Assembly (NCBI GenBank): GCA_034439575.1
Contig: JAWXAQ010000030.1
Coordinates: 32,001 to 96,000 of the forward strand
DNA length: 64,000 nt
DNA from: Leptospira sp.
GTDB lineage: Bacteria > Spirochaetota > Leptospiria > Leptospirales > Leptospiraceae
Direction: 5' to 3'
Shown: one piece after another, positions 1-10,157 of the stretch
Position numbering within the stretch: the first letter of the stretch is position 1
Layout: each line of letters begins with the position of its first letter
Program-made: the position numbers and the translations under genes
The notes under the pieces: model-generated
Told to the model about the DNA's origin: nothing
What the model saw: only the letters and a program-made list of their open reading frames with translations
Databases searched by the model: none

Positions 1-1754
1 TGGTAGGCCGCATTATCAGGTTCGAGATTGGTTGCTTTGATTAACAATTCTTCCGATTTTTCTTTATTAATTCCTTTTTCCGCATAAAGATAACCAAGAT
101 AATTATAAGCATTGGCATTTTCAGGGCTAAGTTCTATAGATTTCTGAAAATATTTTTCTGCATTTTTGAAATCCTTTTGTTTATCATAAGCAATCGCTAA
201 ATAAAAAACATGATTTGTGTTATTCGGATCTATTTCTACAGCCTTAATAAAAGAAGGTAGGGCATTTTTATAATCTTCTTTTTGGGAGTAAAGTATACCT
301 TTCATATAATGATAATCTGCCGTGTTTGGGTGAGCGGTTATGAGTTGATTGATGATTTGAAGTGATTCATCAAATTTTTTTACGTTTTGGCCCATAAGTA
401 AATAAGCCATTCTTAAATTCAATTGGTCGTTATACGATTGTGGGTTCGAACTTTCTTTGGCCGCGCGTAGAACTAAAATCGCGGATTGGATTTTATTTTG
501 CGCTTCTTTACAATGTGAAATTTTTTCGTAGAGGATAGGAATATCTTTATTCAAATCGCTTGTATCTTTTGCAATTTTCAAAGCCCGAGAAAAATACTTT
601 TCTGCCGTCATATATTGTCTATATTGAAATGCCCATTGCCCTGCATCTAAATTTGCTTTGTACTTTTTATTGGTATCAGAGGAACTGATCAAATCAGCAT
701 ACAGTACTTGTGCCGAAAGACGATTGGGATTTTTTTCTAAGAATTTTAAAACTTCTGTTTCTAAACCATTTACTTCGCCTCTTAAATATTTAAAGATTAA
801 AAGTATGATTCCTTCTTTGGGTATTTTTTTTTCTAAAGTTAAAACGGTAAAATAATCGCTAGAAAAAACGCGCGAATCTAAAAAATACATTTCACCTAGC
901 ATATGCGAGGCGTCAATTTCTCTTGGATTCAATTCTCTGATCTTAGATAGAAATTTTTTCGCAGATCCAAATTCACCCAGTGTAAAATAAATCTGCGCCA
1001 CTCGAAATAAAACTTCCGTATCGTTCGGTGCAAATACCAAATAATTCCTGTAATGCTCTATCGATTTGCGAGAATAATCTAATTTGTAATTTAAATCACC
1101 GAGAAACTTTAATATGGTGGGCTTTAATTTGGAACCTGAATCTCGTTTTTGGATCACATCATTTAATGATATAAAATACAAAACAGATCGATTCCATTGT
1201 TTGAGATCATAATAAATATTTCCCAAATAAAAAAGAAAATCCAAATCAAAGGGATAAGATTTAAGGTTTACTTCAAGCACCTTAGCCGCAGGTTCTAAAT
1301 CTCCTTTTTTTAAATGGATGCGTGCCTTTTGTAATATAATTTCCCTTGGAGGAATTTTGGGAGCATCAAACATGCGATAGGCGTTATCACTCCAAGTCAG
1401 GGCTTGGTCAAAATTACCAAGTTCTAAATAATTATTGGCAAGCGACATGGCACTAATGTAGGTCGGACCTAAGTTTTTTTCCTTACGACAAACATGGTAT
1501 TTATCAAAAAAGGAAATCGATGTTTCGAAATGCGATTTTGATTCCTTAACTTTGTTTTGGTCCGCTTTATGAAGACCATCTCTTTGTTCCTGAAAGGCGC
1601 GAGATAAGAAAAATTCATCAGGTACGCCCTTTTCTGACAGGGAACAAGACTTAATTTCACTGGCAGGTGCGGCTCCAAGGGACGAAGAAAGTATGGCTAC
1701 AGTGAAGAAAAATGAATAGAAAGGTTGCTTGGTTTGGTTAATTGCTTGAAACAT
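1..1754 (-). CDS. TPR-repeat protein, probably exported; 3' end runs off the window start
   Basis: Not in the ORF track because it is open-ended. Manual translation from ATG at 1754 gives MFQAINQTKQPFYSFFFTVAILSSSLGAAP... (signal-like), then helical TPR-like segments such as SLANNYLELGNFDQAL and NAYNYLGYLYAEKGIN. Confidence 0.7.
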   Translation of the reverse strand, partial: MFQAINQTKQPFYSFFFTVAILSSSLGAAPASEIKSCSLSEKGVPDEFFLSRAFQEQRDGLHKADQNKVKESKSHFETSISFFDKYHVCRKEKNLGPTYISAMSLANNYLELGNFDQALTWSDNAYRMFDAPKIPPREIILQKARIHLKKGDLEPAAKVLEVNLKSYPFDLDFLFYLGNIYYDLKQWNRSVLYFISLNDVIQKRDSGSKLKPTILKFLGDLNYKLDYSRKSIEHYRNYLVFAPNDTEVLFRVAQIYFTLGEFGSAKKFLSKIRELNPREIDASHMLGEMYFLDSRVFSSDYFTVLTLEKKIPKEGIILLIFKYLRGEVNGLETEVLKFLEKNPNRLSAQVLYADLISSSDTNKKYKANLDAGQWAFQYRQYMTAEKYFSRALKIAKDTSDLNKDIPILYEKISHCKEAQNKIQSAILVLRAAKESSNPQSYNDQLNLRMAYLLMGQNVKKFDESLQIINQLITAHPNTADYHYMKGILYSQKEDYKNALPSFIKAVEIDPNNTNHVFYLAIAYDKQKDFKNAEKYFQKSIELSPENANAYNYLGYLYAEKGINKEKSEELLIKATNLEPDNAAY

Positions 1755-3064
1755 CCGTGGATTCCGGCAAAGTTCGGGAACAGGGACAATCCTTGAACCA
1801 GATCTTCCGAGAAAATTTAAAATACATTCTGGCCGTTCTCTTCGTGTGGGCAATCACTTTCCCATCGATTCTCCAAAACAAAGATAACATTCTGGCCACC
1901 ATCAACTTATGGTACAACAACCTATCTGGTTACCCAAACCCGAGGATAGCGCACCAATTGGCTCATAAAGGGGATGAAATCCTACAAGGTAGACAAGAAA
2001 GATCGGGCGGATTTTTTTCTAATCTGACATCTCTTGTCTCATCTGATGATTCGGGGAAGTCCATGGGCCTACCCTTAGACCTGCAGATTATGGAAAAATC
2101 ATGTTTGTACTATAGATCCAAAGAACATATAGAAGAAATATTTTTAGAACCTACTTGGTTACAAAAATCGCAAACTTGGAATTCTCGGTTGTTCCGAAAT
2201 GCAAAACCCGTTCCCACAGACGAAGTTTCGCTCGGACCCAATCCCAAGGAATATTGGAATTCTCATATCGAAGCTGTGCTTGAGGCATTGGACTATTACA
2301 AAAGAGCCCTTCGTTTTTCAGGTCCTGAATTTATCGTACCTAAAAAAATAGAATCTGTAGCTTGGGCAGTTTGTCGGCCAGCGGAGATCTTACTTGCTTA
2401 CAAAACTCATATGTTGGAAACAGAAAAATATGTTTTTGATAAACTGGATAAAGAAAATAAACTTCCGACCAATTTAAAGAACGCGAGCGAATTACAAAAG
2501 TTAACTGTGATACTATCTTCCATTAAAATAGGTAGTTTTCCAGAAGTGAATCAAAATGATTATTTAGAAAGTTTACTTCGCCAAATTCTTCTCACTGGTA
2601 TGAAAAATTTTTCTCCGAGAGAGATGGATTCAGTCTTTGAACGAATTCTATTTTTTGTAGGTCACGATGACAAAGAATATTTAAAATTTATGTTAAGGCG
2701 TGGGGATTTATTCTTTTTACTCGGAAAAGAAGAACCAGTTTATTTTAAAAAAGCTATCTCACAATACCAAGTTTCCGCAAATATTAAGTTAGCTGAGAGT
2801 GACGAGACAGTAGATTTGCCGATTCTTTTAGTACATCAATTTGAATCCACACTTGCTATTACTAAATGTTATCACGAATTAGGTGATGACAAAAAATCGC
2901 TTACAATTTTGGATTCTCTTATCCCAAGACTTAGAAATGTAGACCAAAGAAGTGTGGGTGGGGTCAAGGTGCAGATTCTAAATGACTATATTCAAACAAA
3001 AGTCGCAGTCTTAAGGAAACTAAAAAGATATGAGGAAGCAGATGAAATTCTTCAATCGGAATAA
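1742..3064 (+). CDS. Hypothetical membrane-anchored helical (TPR-like) protein; first gene of the desulfurase/CHAT/sigma operon
   Basis: 440-aa ORF with one N-terminal hydrophobic helix (YILAVLFVWAITFPSIL) and TPR-like C-terminus (AVLRKLKRYEEADEIL). Start uncertain (TTG 1742 or GTG 1757). Confidence 0.6.
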   Translation: MLETSVDSGKVREQGQSLNQIFRENLKYILAVLFVWAITFPSILQNKDNILATINLWYNNLSGYPNPRIAHQLAHKGDEILQGRQERSGGFFSNLTSLVSSDDSGKSMGLPLDLQIMEKSCLYYRSKEHIEEIFLEPTWLQKSQTWNSRLFRNAKPVPTDEVSLGPNPKEYWNSHIEAVLEALDYYKRALRFSGPEFIVPKKIESVAWAVCRPAEILLAYKTHMLETEKYVFDKLDKENKLPTNLKNASELQKLTVILSSIKIGSFPEVNQNDYLESLLRQILLTGMKNFSPREMDSVFERILFFVGHDDKEYLKFMLRRGDLFFLLGKEEPVYFKKAISQYQVSANIKLAESDETVDLPILLVHQFESTLAITKCYHELGDDKKSLTILDSLIPRLRNVDQRSVGGVKVQILNDYIQTKVAVLRKLKRYEEADEILQSE

Positions 3065-4180
3065 ATGATTTATCTTGATTATAATGCCACTCACCCACCC
3101 ATTCCCAAAATATTAAATGAAGTTAATGAAAACTATTTAGCTGAATTTTATAATCCTTCTGGTGCCACAAGGTATTCTCTAAATAACCAAGGAAAGATAG
3201 AAGAGTCTCGGAAATATTTTTCATCAATCACAGGAATTCCTGAAAAAAATATAATTTTTTCTTCCAGTGGAACTGAGGCAAATTATTTATTGATCCGATT
3301 TCTGACACAGAATTTTATAAACTTAACTTCTGTCATAGTCAGTCCCTTTGAACATCCGAGCATATATTCCGCATTAGATGACCACAATCTAACAAAATAT
3401 ATCTTAGAGACAAACAAATCGGGAGTCATTCTACTTGATCACTTAGAAAAACTATTAGAAAAACATCCTCGTCCCATCATTTGCCTAGCTGTCGCGAATG
3501 AAACGGGAGTGATCCAACCTAGTGAAGAAATTGCCGCTCTGGCCAATCGGTATTCAGTGCCGTTTTATAGTGATTTGATGCAAGCCTTTGGAAAACAAAA
3601 GGTAAACTTTGATTTATTCTCAGGATTCACTTTTTCTGGACATAAAATTGGTGCGGGAATGGGAGCATCTCTCACTGCCGTTCGTCACTTAACAGATAAC
3701 ACTCATATCTTTGCTGGGGGCAACCAAGAAAATAACCATAGGGCGGGTACGGAAAATTGGCCAGCAATCATAGCCTTTCAAAAAGCAAGTGAATACCAAT
3801 TGGAACAATTGGAATCAAAAAATTCTAAACTGAAAAGATTTCAAAATATTTTGGAAGCATTTTTGGTTTCCCAAAAATGCGAAATCATAGGAAAAAATGC
3901 AAATCGATTGCCTAACACTAGTTTTGTTTTATTGCCTATAGAAGAAATCGATTTTTTCCTTTTGGGATTGGAAGAAGCGGGTGTGATCGTCTCCACGGGT
4001 AGTTCTTGCAAATCTAGAGCCAGGGAAGCTTCGAGTTCCCTATTAAGTATGGGTTATACTAAGGAAGAGGCATTACGTTGCATACGCATTTCAACTGGAA
4101 TCTTCACTACAGAAGATGAGATACATATTTTTTGTGAAAAGGCACGGGAACTTTTGATCACTTTTGGTGTGAATCATTAA
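3065..4180 (+). CDS. Cysteine desulfurase, IscS/NifS family (PLP-dependent)
   Basis: Motifs IYLDYNAT, NPSG, SSGTEAN, EHPS, NETG, SGHK (PLP lysine), RAGTEN and STGSSC (catalytic Cys). Confidence 0.9.
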   Translation: MIYLDYNATHPPIPKILNEVNENYLAEFYNPSGATRYSLNNQGKIEESRKYFSSITGIPEKNIIFSSSGTEANYLLIRFLTQNFINLTSVIVSPFEHPSIYSALDDHNLTKYILETNKSGVILLDHLEKLLEKHPRPIICLAVANETGVIQPSEEIAALANRYSVPFYSDLMQAFGKQKVNFDLFSGFTFSGHKIGAGMGASLTAVRHLTDNTHIFAGGNQENNHRAGTENWPAIIAFQKASEYQLEQLESKNSKLKRFQNILEAFLVSQKCEIIGKNANRLPNTSFVLLPIEEIDFFLLGLEEAGVIVSTGSSCKSRAREASSSLLSMGYTKEEALRCIRISTGIFTTEDEIHIFCEKARELLITFGVNH

Positions 4181-4181
4181 A

Positions 4182-5540
4182 ATGAAAATTCGCATCATCA
4201 CCAAACCGAGTAAAGCTGGCAATCCAGATATTCCCGATGGGGAAATCATATGGGAAGACAGAAAAAATTCTTTTTCCCCAGTAGAAATCATCACAGCCTT
4301 AGATGGTAAAAAATTAAAAATTTTCTTACAGGATTGGAATCAATTTTATGTAAGGACGATGCAAACAAATCTAAGTAAGGATGAGTTAAACCAAAAATTA
4401 TTCAAAAAATCTCAGAGTTTGGAACAAATCGTATTTGGAAATAAAGAATTACCGTGGAAAACAAAACAATTTAAATCAGAAATTTTTTTACAAACAGATC
4501 CAGAATTTACATCTTACCCTTGGGAAATTCTTCGCACCGATAAAGATTTTTTTTTTGAAAGACCAAATTTTTATCGAGGCATAAGATCCAATAGACGATT
4601 CGAAGGATCAGCCCTTGGTAAAACATTTTTATTAATCCAAAACCCAGTCTTAAAGGAATTAGAACAGAGTGTTAAAAAAGAATCGAGTCAGATTTCTACT
4701 TTGTTTGAAGATGATAAAAGTTACCCACTAAGACGGATTAGGCCAGAGAATCTACAACTCCCAAAATTTTGGGAGGAAATTTCAGAAGCAAGTTTATTGC
4801 ATTATAGTGGCCATACAGAAAAAACAGGAATCCCGTTTCCGAAAGATGACATAGTACTCGGGGAAGAAATCGGCCAAGCCAAACTTTCTAATTTAAACGT
4901 TGTATTTTTAAATAGTTGTCATTCTGCTTTTGAAGGTGAAAAAACAACTGGACTCGCGTCTCAATTTTTGAATTCGGGGGCAAAACACGTATTAGGTTTT
5001 TTAACACCAATTGAAACGGAACTAGCTGAAAAAATCGGATTTCAATTTTGGAAATCTTTTAAAAAAACAAAGAATGTTCAAAAATCCTTTAGATTTACTA
5101 AAACTTTATTATTAAAAGGAAATAGTGCAGAAATCTTAAGTAGCCTTTCCTTTGTATGTTTTGCACCAGAAGAAAAAAATAAATTCAAAAATATTCTATT
5201 TATATTTCTATTCTGTTTACTTTTACTGATTGGGCTTTTCTTTTTTGAGGCATCAAAGAATCGCTCTACTAAATTAGAAAATTATAATTTACCTGAATCT
5301 AAAAACATCGAAAAAAATACAAAAATTAACGAAGAGAAACCAAAAAAAATAATATTAGATAGCCGGATCGCTTCCCTCAAAAATCCCCAATTCCGAAATC
5401 AAATTTATACCTTTCTAAACGAAGAAAACCCCCTACTTTCTAAATCCGAGCGAAAACAACTCGTTGAAGAAATATTAAGTGGTGATGAAAATGAAGAAAT
5501 GAAATACTATCACTTTAAAATTGAAACGGGAATCAATTGA
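4182..5540 (+). CDS. CHAT-domain (caspase-like) protease with a C-terminal TM helix and extracytoplasmic tail
   Basis: CHAT hallmarks YPWEIL, LLHYSGH (His), VVFLNSC (Cys) and GLASQFLNSGAKHVLG, followed by hydrophobic ILFIFLFCLLLLIGLFFF. Confidence 0.8.
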   Translation: MKIRIITKPSKAGNPDIPDGEIIWEDRKNSFSPVEIITALDGKKLKIFLQDWNQFYVRTMQTNLSKDELNQKLFKKSQSLEQIVFGNKELPWKTKQFKSEIFLQTDPEFTSYPWEILRTDKDFFFERPNFYRGIRSNRRFEGSALGKTFLLIQNPVLKELEQSVKKESSQISTLFEDDKSYPLRRIRPENLQLPKFWEEISEASLLHYSGHTEKTGIPFPKDDIVLGEEIGQAKLSNLNVVFLNSCHSAFEGEKTTGLASQFLNSGAKHVLGFLTPIETELAEKIGFQFWKSFKKTKNVQKSFRFTKTLLLKGNSAEILSSLSFVCFAPEEKNKFKNILFIFLFCLLLLIGLFFFEASKNRSTKLENYNLPESKNIEKNTKINEEKPKKIILDSRIASLKNPQFRNQIYTFLNEENPLLSKSERKQLVEEILSGDENEEMKYYHFKIETGIN

Positions 5541-6556
5541 TGGTTCGATATTTTTTATTTTTCTTTGTCCTGCTCGTTTTTTTTTCAAACTCCTTATTTT
5601 CCCAAAATAAGGAAGAAAAGGAGTGGGAGGATTTTTTAAATACTAAAATTCCTTTAACAAACATTAGCCCTATTTACCAGGAAAATTTCCATAATTATGG
5701 AGAAAATGAGATCAATGTAGAGAAAGATTTTTTATTGTCACGTTGCAAATATGAACAAATTAAAAGTTTAAGTAAACTCCTAGAATCATTTTCGAATATA
5801 GATGCCATACTTTTGCTTAAATCCTGTAAAAATATAGATCCCAAAAATATCAAAAAGGTCGAATCGATATACAAACAAAAGATATACGATTTAATCAAAT
5901 TTCCAAAACTAGAATTGATATCATCGGAAAAAGAAGACCCCGAACTAAACTTATTGCACATCCAAATTCTAAATTTATGGGAAGAACGAGTTTATTTTTA
6001 TTCCAACTTTTATAACCCACATGCACTATCTTTTTTAGCTGAAGAAAAAACATTCACGGAAGAAATCAATCGCATCGTTTATTCTGATATGAATCAGATC
6101 AGAAGGATTTCCCTTTTAAAAAAAATGAAAGAGGATTTGATTAGGAATCAAAAATCCATATACCTATCCTTTTCCCATTCTGAAATTAATCCTTTCCAAG
6201 CAAAAACTCTCATTGAGGAAAATCAAAAGGTACTTTCGGATTTATTATCACTTTTCACTATTTTCCTAAAAGATTCAGAACTCCCCACATTAAACAAAGA
6301 CAACTTACTTGCATGGCAATCTTGTTTAAACGAATTGGACATAAAGACTCCAAATGTAAGATTACTTGCCTTTTATGGTTTTTTTGAAGACTATAAAAGA
6401 TTCAAAATGGATTCATTCCCCCCTGATAGTAAAGAAGTAGTCTCCATTCGTCTTTTTTTAAGAAAAAATCTCTATCAGGCTCATCATTTTTCGGGACGGA
6501 TAAACTATGCTTTAAATACTTGCAGAAAGATACTAAAATTCACTACGAACCAATGA
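5537..6556 (+). CDS. Hypothetical exported protein
   Basis: 339-aa ORF with signal peptide (RYFLFFFVLLVFFSNSLFS-Q); ATGA overlaps with both neighbours. Confidence 0.65.
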   Translation: MMVRYFLFFFVLLVFFSNSLFSQNKEEKEWEDFLNTKIPLTNISPIYQENFHNYGENEINVEKDFLLSRCKYEQIKSLSKLLESFSNIDAILLLKSCKNIDPKNIKKVESIYKQKIYDLIKFPKLELISSEKEDPELNLLHIQILNLWEERVYFYSNFYNPHALSFLAEEKTFTEEINRIVYSDMNQIRRISLLKKMKEDLIRNQKSIYLSFSHSEINPFQAKTLIEENQKVLSDLLSLFTIFLKDSELPTLNKDNLLAWQSCLNELDIKTPNVRLLAFYGFFEDYKRFKMDSFPPDSKEVVSIRLFLRKNLYQAHHFSGRINYALNTCRKILKFTTNQ

Positions 6557-7122
6557 GCGACGACATTCGACATTTACTCGATGATTGTATTCTTGGCAAA
6601 GAGAATGCTTGGAAATCATTTATACTACGATTTCACAAGTTAATTACAGGGACAGTAGCCCACTACGTTCCACAATCAGAAATTAGCGACACTGTCCAGT
6701 TAGTTTATTTACGCATAACGCATAATGATTTTCAATTAATTCGTAAGTTTAAAGGGGAAAGCCTTCCTGCATTCATTGTCTATTTGAGTGAAATCGCAAA
6801 AAATGTAAGTCTATCACAAACACGTGTCATTCGTCGTATGGATTTTAGAGAAGGCATAGGCTTAGATGATACGATCGATGTTTTGGATGAAAGGGCGATC
6901 CCAGAAAGTATCTATTTTGAGTTAGAAGAACAGAATGAAGTTTACAAACACATATCCAAGTTAGATGAAATTCACCGCGAAATCCTTATTTTGCGATTAA
7001 AAAGTTACAAATTTAAAGATATTGCTGATATTTTGGGAGTTCCACTAGGTACGGTGCTTGCACGTGCTAATCGGGCGAAAGAAAAATTAAAAAAAATCGT
7101 CCAAAAGGAAATAAAGGACTGA
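6553..7122 (+). CDS. ECF-type RNA polymerase sigma-70 factor
   Basis: Region 2 (AWKSFILRF...DTVQLVYL) and region 4 HTH (REILILRLKSYKFKDIADILGVPLGTVLARANRAKEKL). ATG at 6553 overlaps the upstream TGA. Confidence 0.9.
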   Translation: MSDDIRHLLDDCILGKENAWKSFILRFHKLITGTVAHYVPQSEISDTVQLVYLRITHNDFQLIRKFKGESLPAFIVYLSEIAKNVSLSQTRVIRRMDFREGIGLDDTIDVLDERAIPESIYFELEEQNEVYKHISKLDEIHREILILRLKSYKFKDIADILGVPLGTVLARANRAKEKLKKIVQKEIKD

Positions 7123-7674
7123 TTGGAAGACATCTATTATATGGAAGCATCAGACAATAATTCATTTATGAACAAACTCAAATTGAAAGAAGCACTGTAT
7201 CTTATGAGCCAGGGCAATGAAGCCGATCCAGAAACTGTAAATCAAATTCTCGCTCAGATATTGCCAAAAGCTGATTTCAAACAAATGATCTTGCTTCGCT
7301 TCAAAGAAACGATTTTACAAGTCATGACTCACGAAACCAAGGCCTTCGAACTCCACCCAAACCTGGGTCTATCCTTTCGTGGAGAAACTGCCACCATATA
7401 CAAGTTAAATCGTGAATTGAATGACCGTCAGGTGACTTTTTTACTCTCTCCGAACGCAGAGCAAACCGAAATCCATCTGGCGGTAGAGATGAACCCTCCT
7501 GCCAATTACCGTGTAAAATTGAAACTGGATGGGGATACGATCGAAACTCTATCTGATCTGACAAAAGAAAAAGCCTTTGATTCCCCCATCACGGAAGATT
7601 CTGCCCCAGAACTCGTATTTTTTGAGCAAAATAGAGAAATTGGACGATTTCATTTAATTTTAGAAATAGATTAA
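7123..7674 (+). CDS. Hypothetical soluble protein directly after the ECF sigma; candidate anti-sigma
   Basis: About 180-aa ORF abutting the sigma gene, with a helical N-terminus, a GLSFRG motif and a beta-rich C-terminus. Start is TTG 7123 or ATG 7141. Confidence 0.6.
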   Translation: MEDIYYMEASDNNSFMNKLKLKEALYLMSQGNEADPETVNQILAQILPKADFKQMILLRFKETILQVMTHETKAFELHPNLGLSFRGETATIYKLNRELNDRQVTFLLSPNAEQTEIHLAVEMNPPANYRVKLKLDGDTIETLSDLTKEKAFDSPITEDSAPELVFFEQNREIGRFHLILEID

Positions 7675-7703
7675 TTTTTTTTCCATTCCGTGCAATAAAT
7701 CTC

Positions 7704-7730
7704 CCTACATTTGTAATTTATAAATGTAGG
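7704..7730. terminator. Stem-loop downstream of the sigma operon
   Basis: cctacatttgta pairs with tataaatgtagg (one G-U); no strong U-tract follows. Confidence 0.4.
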
Positions 7731-7784
7731 CATTGTTTTAAAAACTTTGGATCCTACTTTCTTTTCCAAACTAGTTTAATTTAG

Positions 7785-7810
7785 ACCCGACTCATGAGTC
7801 GGGTTTTTTT
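7785..7810 (+). terminator. Intrinsic terminator between the convergent sigma operon and ychF
   Basis: Perfect 20-bp palindrome acccgactcatgagtcgggt followed by a T-run on the + strand. Confidence 0.75.
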
Positions 7811-8907
7811 TAGGCATTGATGCGGAAGTAAATGACATCCCCGTCTTGGACTACGTATTCCTTGCCTTCGATGCGGAGTTTTCCTTCATCTTTCACCTTG
7901 GCTGGGTCCCCAGTGCGATCTACATCCTCAAACCGCATCACTTCAGCTCGTATATATCCCTTTTCAAAATCTGAGTGGATCACCGCCGCCGCTTGCGGTC
8001 CCGTGCTACCATTTAAAGTGGTCCAAGCTCTGACTTCTTCCACACCAGCTGTGAGAAATGTGATCAAACCGAGCAATTTATAAGATGCCTGGATCATTCT
8101 TGTCAGACCCGATTCCGTTTCACCGATTTCGGCAAGGAAGGCTTTTTGGTCTTCTTTTTCTAGACCAGAGATTTCTTCTTCAAAACGACCACATAACACT
8201 ACCGATTCGGCACCTTCTTTGGCAGCGTAATCTTTGATAGTTTGGACATGAGGATTTTTTGAATTTTTCACATCTGATTCTTGAATATTTGCAACATATA
8301 ATACTGGTTTAATGGTAATCAAATTGAATTTTTTCGCAATTTTTAATTCTTCGTCATTTAGTTTAACAGACGCTGCACGAAATCCTTTTTTTAAGGCTTC
8401 TAGTATCTTGTCCATGACTGCCGCTATTTCTGCGGCTTCTTTATTTCCCGCTTTGGCAGATTTAGCAATGCGTTGTTGTTGTTTTTCTAAGCTATCAAGG
8501 TCAGCTAAAATCAATTCATAATTGATCACAGTAATGTCTTCAATAGGATCAACTTTTCCATGAACATGCGTTATGTTTTCATCTTCGAAGGCACGAACCA
8601 CATGACAAATAGCTTCTACTTCACGTATATGAGAGAGAAATTGATTTCCAAGTCCCTCGCCATCGCTTGCCCCTTTGACAAGTCCCGCGATATCCACAAA
8701 TTCAATGGTTGTGGGGAGGATACGTTTTGGTTTATAAATGGTCGCGAGTCTTTCTAAGCGCGGATCTGGAACTTCTACAATGCCTGTGTTCGGCTCAATC
8801 GTGCAAAAAGGATAATTTGCCATTTGAGCACCCGCTTTCGTAAGCGCGTTAAAGATCGTAGACTTACCTACGTTCGGAAGACCAACAATACCACAATTCA
8901 ATGCCAT
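7810..8907 (-). CDS. ychF: Redox-regulated ATPase YchF (Obg family)
   Basis: [37 protein letters not shown], and TGS-domain end [13 protein letters not shown]. Confidence 0.97.
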   Translation of the reverse strand: MALNCGIVGLPNVGKSTIFNALTKAGAQMANYPFCTIEPNTGIVEVPDPRLERLATIYKPKRILPTTIEFVDIAGLVKGASDGEGLGNQFLSHIREVEAICHVVRAFEDENITHVHGKVDPIEDITVINYELILADLDSLEKQQQRIAKSAKAGNKEAAEIAAVMDKILEALKKGFRAASVKLNDEELKIAKKFNLITIKPVLYVANIQESDVKNSKNPHVQTIKDYAAKEGAESVVLCGRFEEEISGLEKEDQKAFLAEIGETESGLTRMIQASYKLLGLITFLTAGVEEVRAWTTLNGSTGPQAAAVIHSDFEKGYIRAEVMRFEDVDRTGDPAKVKDEGKLRIEGKEYVVQDGDVIYFRINA

Positions 8908-8958
8908 AAGGATAGGTTTGAAAATTGAAGCCTTGAGACAAGGAAAAATGTGAGCTTA

Positions 8959-9477
8959 TCAATTTGGCATAAAGCCTGTTTCCAAATAGATATAGGTTAA
9001 ATAACTGCAGAAAAAAATAACGGTGCTAAAATAAATAAAGAGATACACTTTACCAATTTTTTTCCAAGGAGCACGACTTGCTAATTGAAACGTTTCTATC
9101 GTTTGTGCCGAATTATAATTTTTAAATAGCGAATCTCTTGGTTTCAAATTAATTGCATCGCATAGATTTTTTAATATTTCTTCGCGTCTCATTTCATCTA
9201 AGCGAAAAAATTCAGCATGATCACCTTTATTTAAAATTTCTAATACACAATGCGGGATCTCATACATTTTAAATAGTATGATTCCCGAAAAGGAAGTCAG
9301 AAGTGCCAGGTAATTTAAAATCACAATCGCGGGGCTTGCCGTATATGATACCGAAAATAAAAAATATAAAAATAAAATCAAAAAAGTATAAGATACAATC
9401 CTTCTATAAATCGTAACGCGCGTTATCCATTTTTTTTCCTTCAAATAATCATTATAAACTATATCTTGTGAAATCAT
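8959..9477 (-). CDS. Hypothetical membrane protein (about 3 TM)
   Basis: 172-aa ORF with three hydrophobic stretches, in a co-oriented gene run. Confidence 0.6.
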   Translation of the reverse strand: MISQDIVYNDYLKEKKWITRVTIYRRIVSYTFLILFLYFLFSVSYTASPAIVILNYLALLTSFSGIILFKMYEIPHCVLEILNKGDHAEFFRLDEMRREEILKNLCDAINLKPRDSLFKNYNSAQTIETFQLASRAPWKKIGKVYLFIYFSTVIFFCSYLTYIYLETGFMPN

Positions 9478-9501
9478 ATTTGTATCAGTATAAAATTTTC
9501 C

Positions 9502-10152
9502 TTATATGTAAAGTCTAGAACTAGGGAATATATGATGAAACGTTTCAGGCAATGGGCATTTTATATCTACTTTTTCCCCTCTCCAAACCAATGTGATATG
9601 ATAAGCATGCAAAAACATTCGCGTAAATTTTTCGATTTTATTTCCATATACAATATCACCAAGAATGGGAAAACCTGAACTAGCAAGTGCAATGCGTATT
9701 TGATGCCTTCTTCCTGTAATCAAATTTGCTTGTCCCAAAAATATATTTTTACTTACATCATATTCAAGCATTGTAAAATCCGTGATGGCTTTTTTTCCAC
9801 CGCTACGAACGACAGTTACTTTTTTATTTCCATCTTTTAAAAAACATTCATGTCGAATTTCTTTCCAATCGGGAATTCCTATTGCTAAAAACAAATACTC
9901 CTTAATCGAATTTTTTAGAGCCTCATCCAATTCTTTATTGATCGAATTATCTTTTCCAAATACCACGATACCACTCGTTCCTAAATCCAAACGGTTAGCA
10001 GTTCTTAATTCCATATAGCCATATTTATTTATCAGATAACGCGTGAAATCTGGTCTGTTGGGATCTTTGGTCTCGTGCACTGGAATTCCTTCTGGTTTAT
10101 TTGCCAAAAGGAAGAATTCATTTTCAAAAAGGATTTCTTCTTTATCTTTCAC
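9502..10152 (-). CDS. RluA-family pseudouridine synthase
   Basis: NKPEGIPVH, NRLDLGTSG (catalytic Asp), TGRRHQIR, PILGDIVYG, MFLHA. Confidence 0.9.
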   Translation of the reverse strand: MKDKEEILFENEFFLLANKPEGIPVHETKDPNRPDFTRYLINKYGYMELRTANRLDLGTSGIVVFGKDNSINKELDEALKNSIKEYLFLAIGIPDWKEIRHECFLKDGNKKVTVVRSGGKKAITDFTMLEYDVSKNIFLGQANLITGRRHQIRIALASSGFPILGDIVYGNKIEKFTRMFLHAYHITLVWRGEKVDIKCPLPETFHHIFPSSRLYI

Positions 10153-10157
10153 AAAAA

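Noticed and set aside
1742-7674. Type III-E CRISPR (Craspase) locus
   Set aside because: CHAT and sigma are present, but there is no Cas7-11, other cas gene or repeat array in the window.
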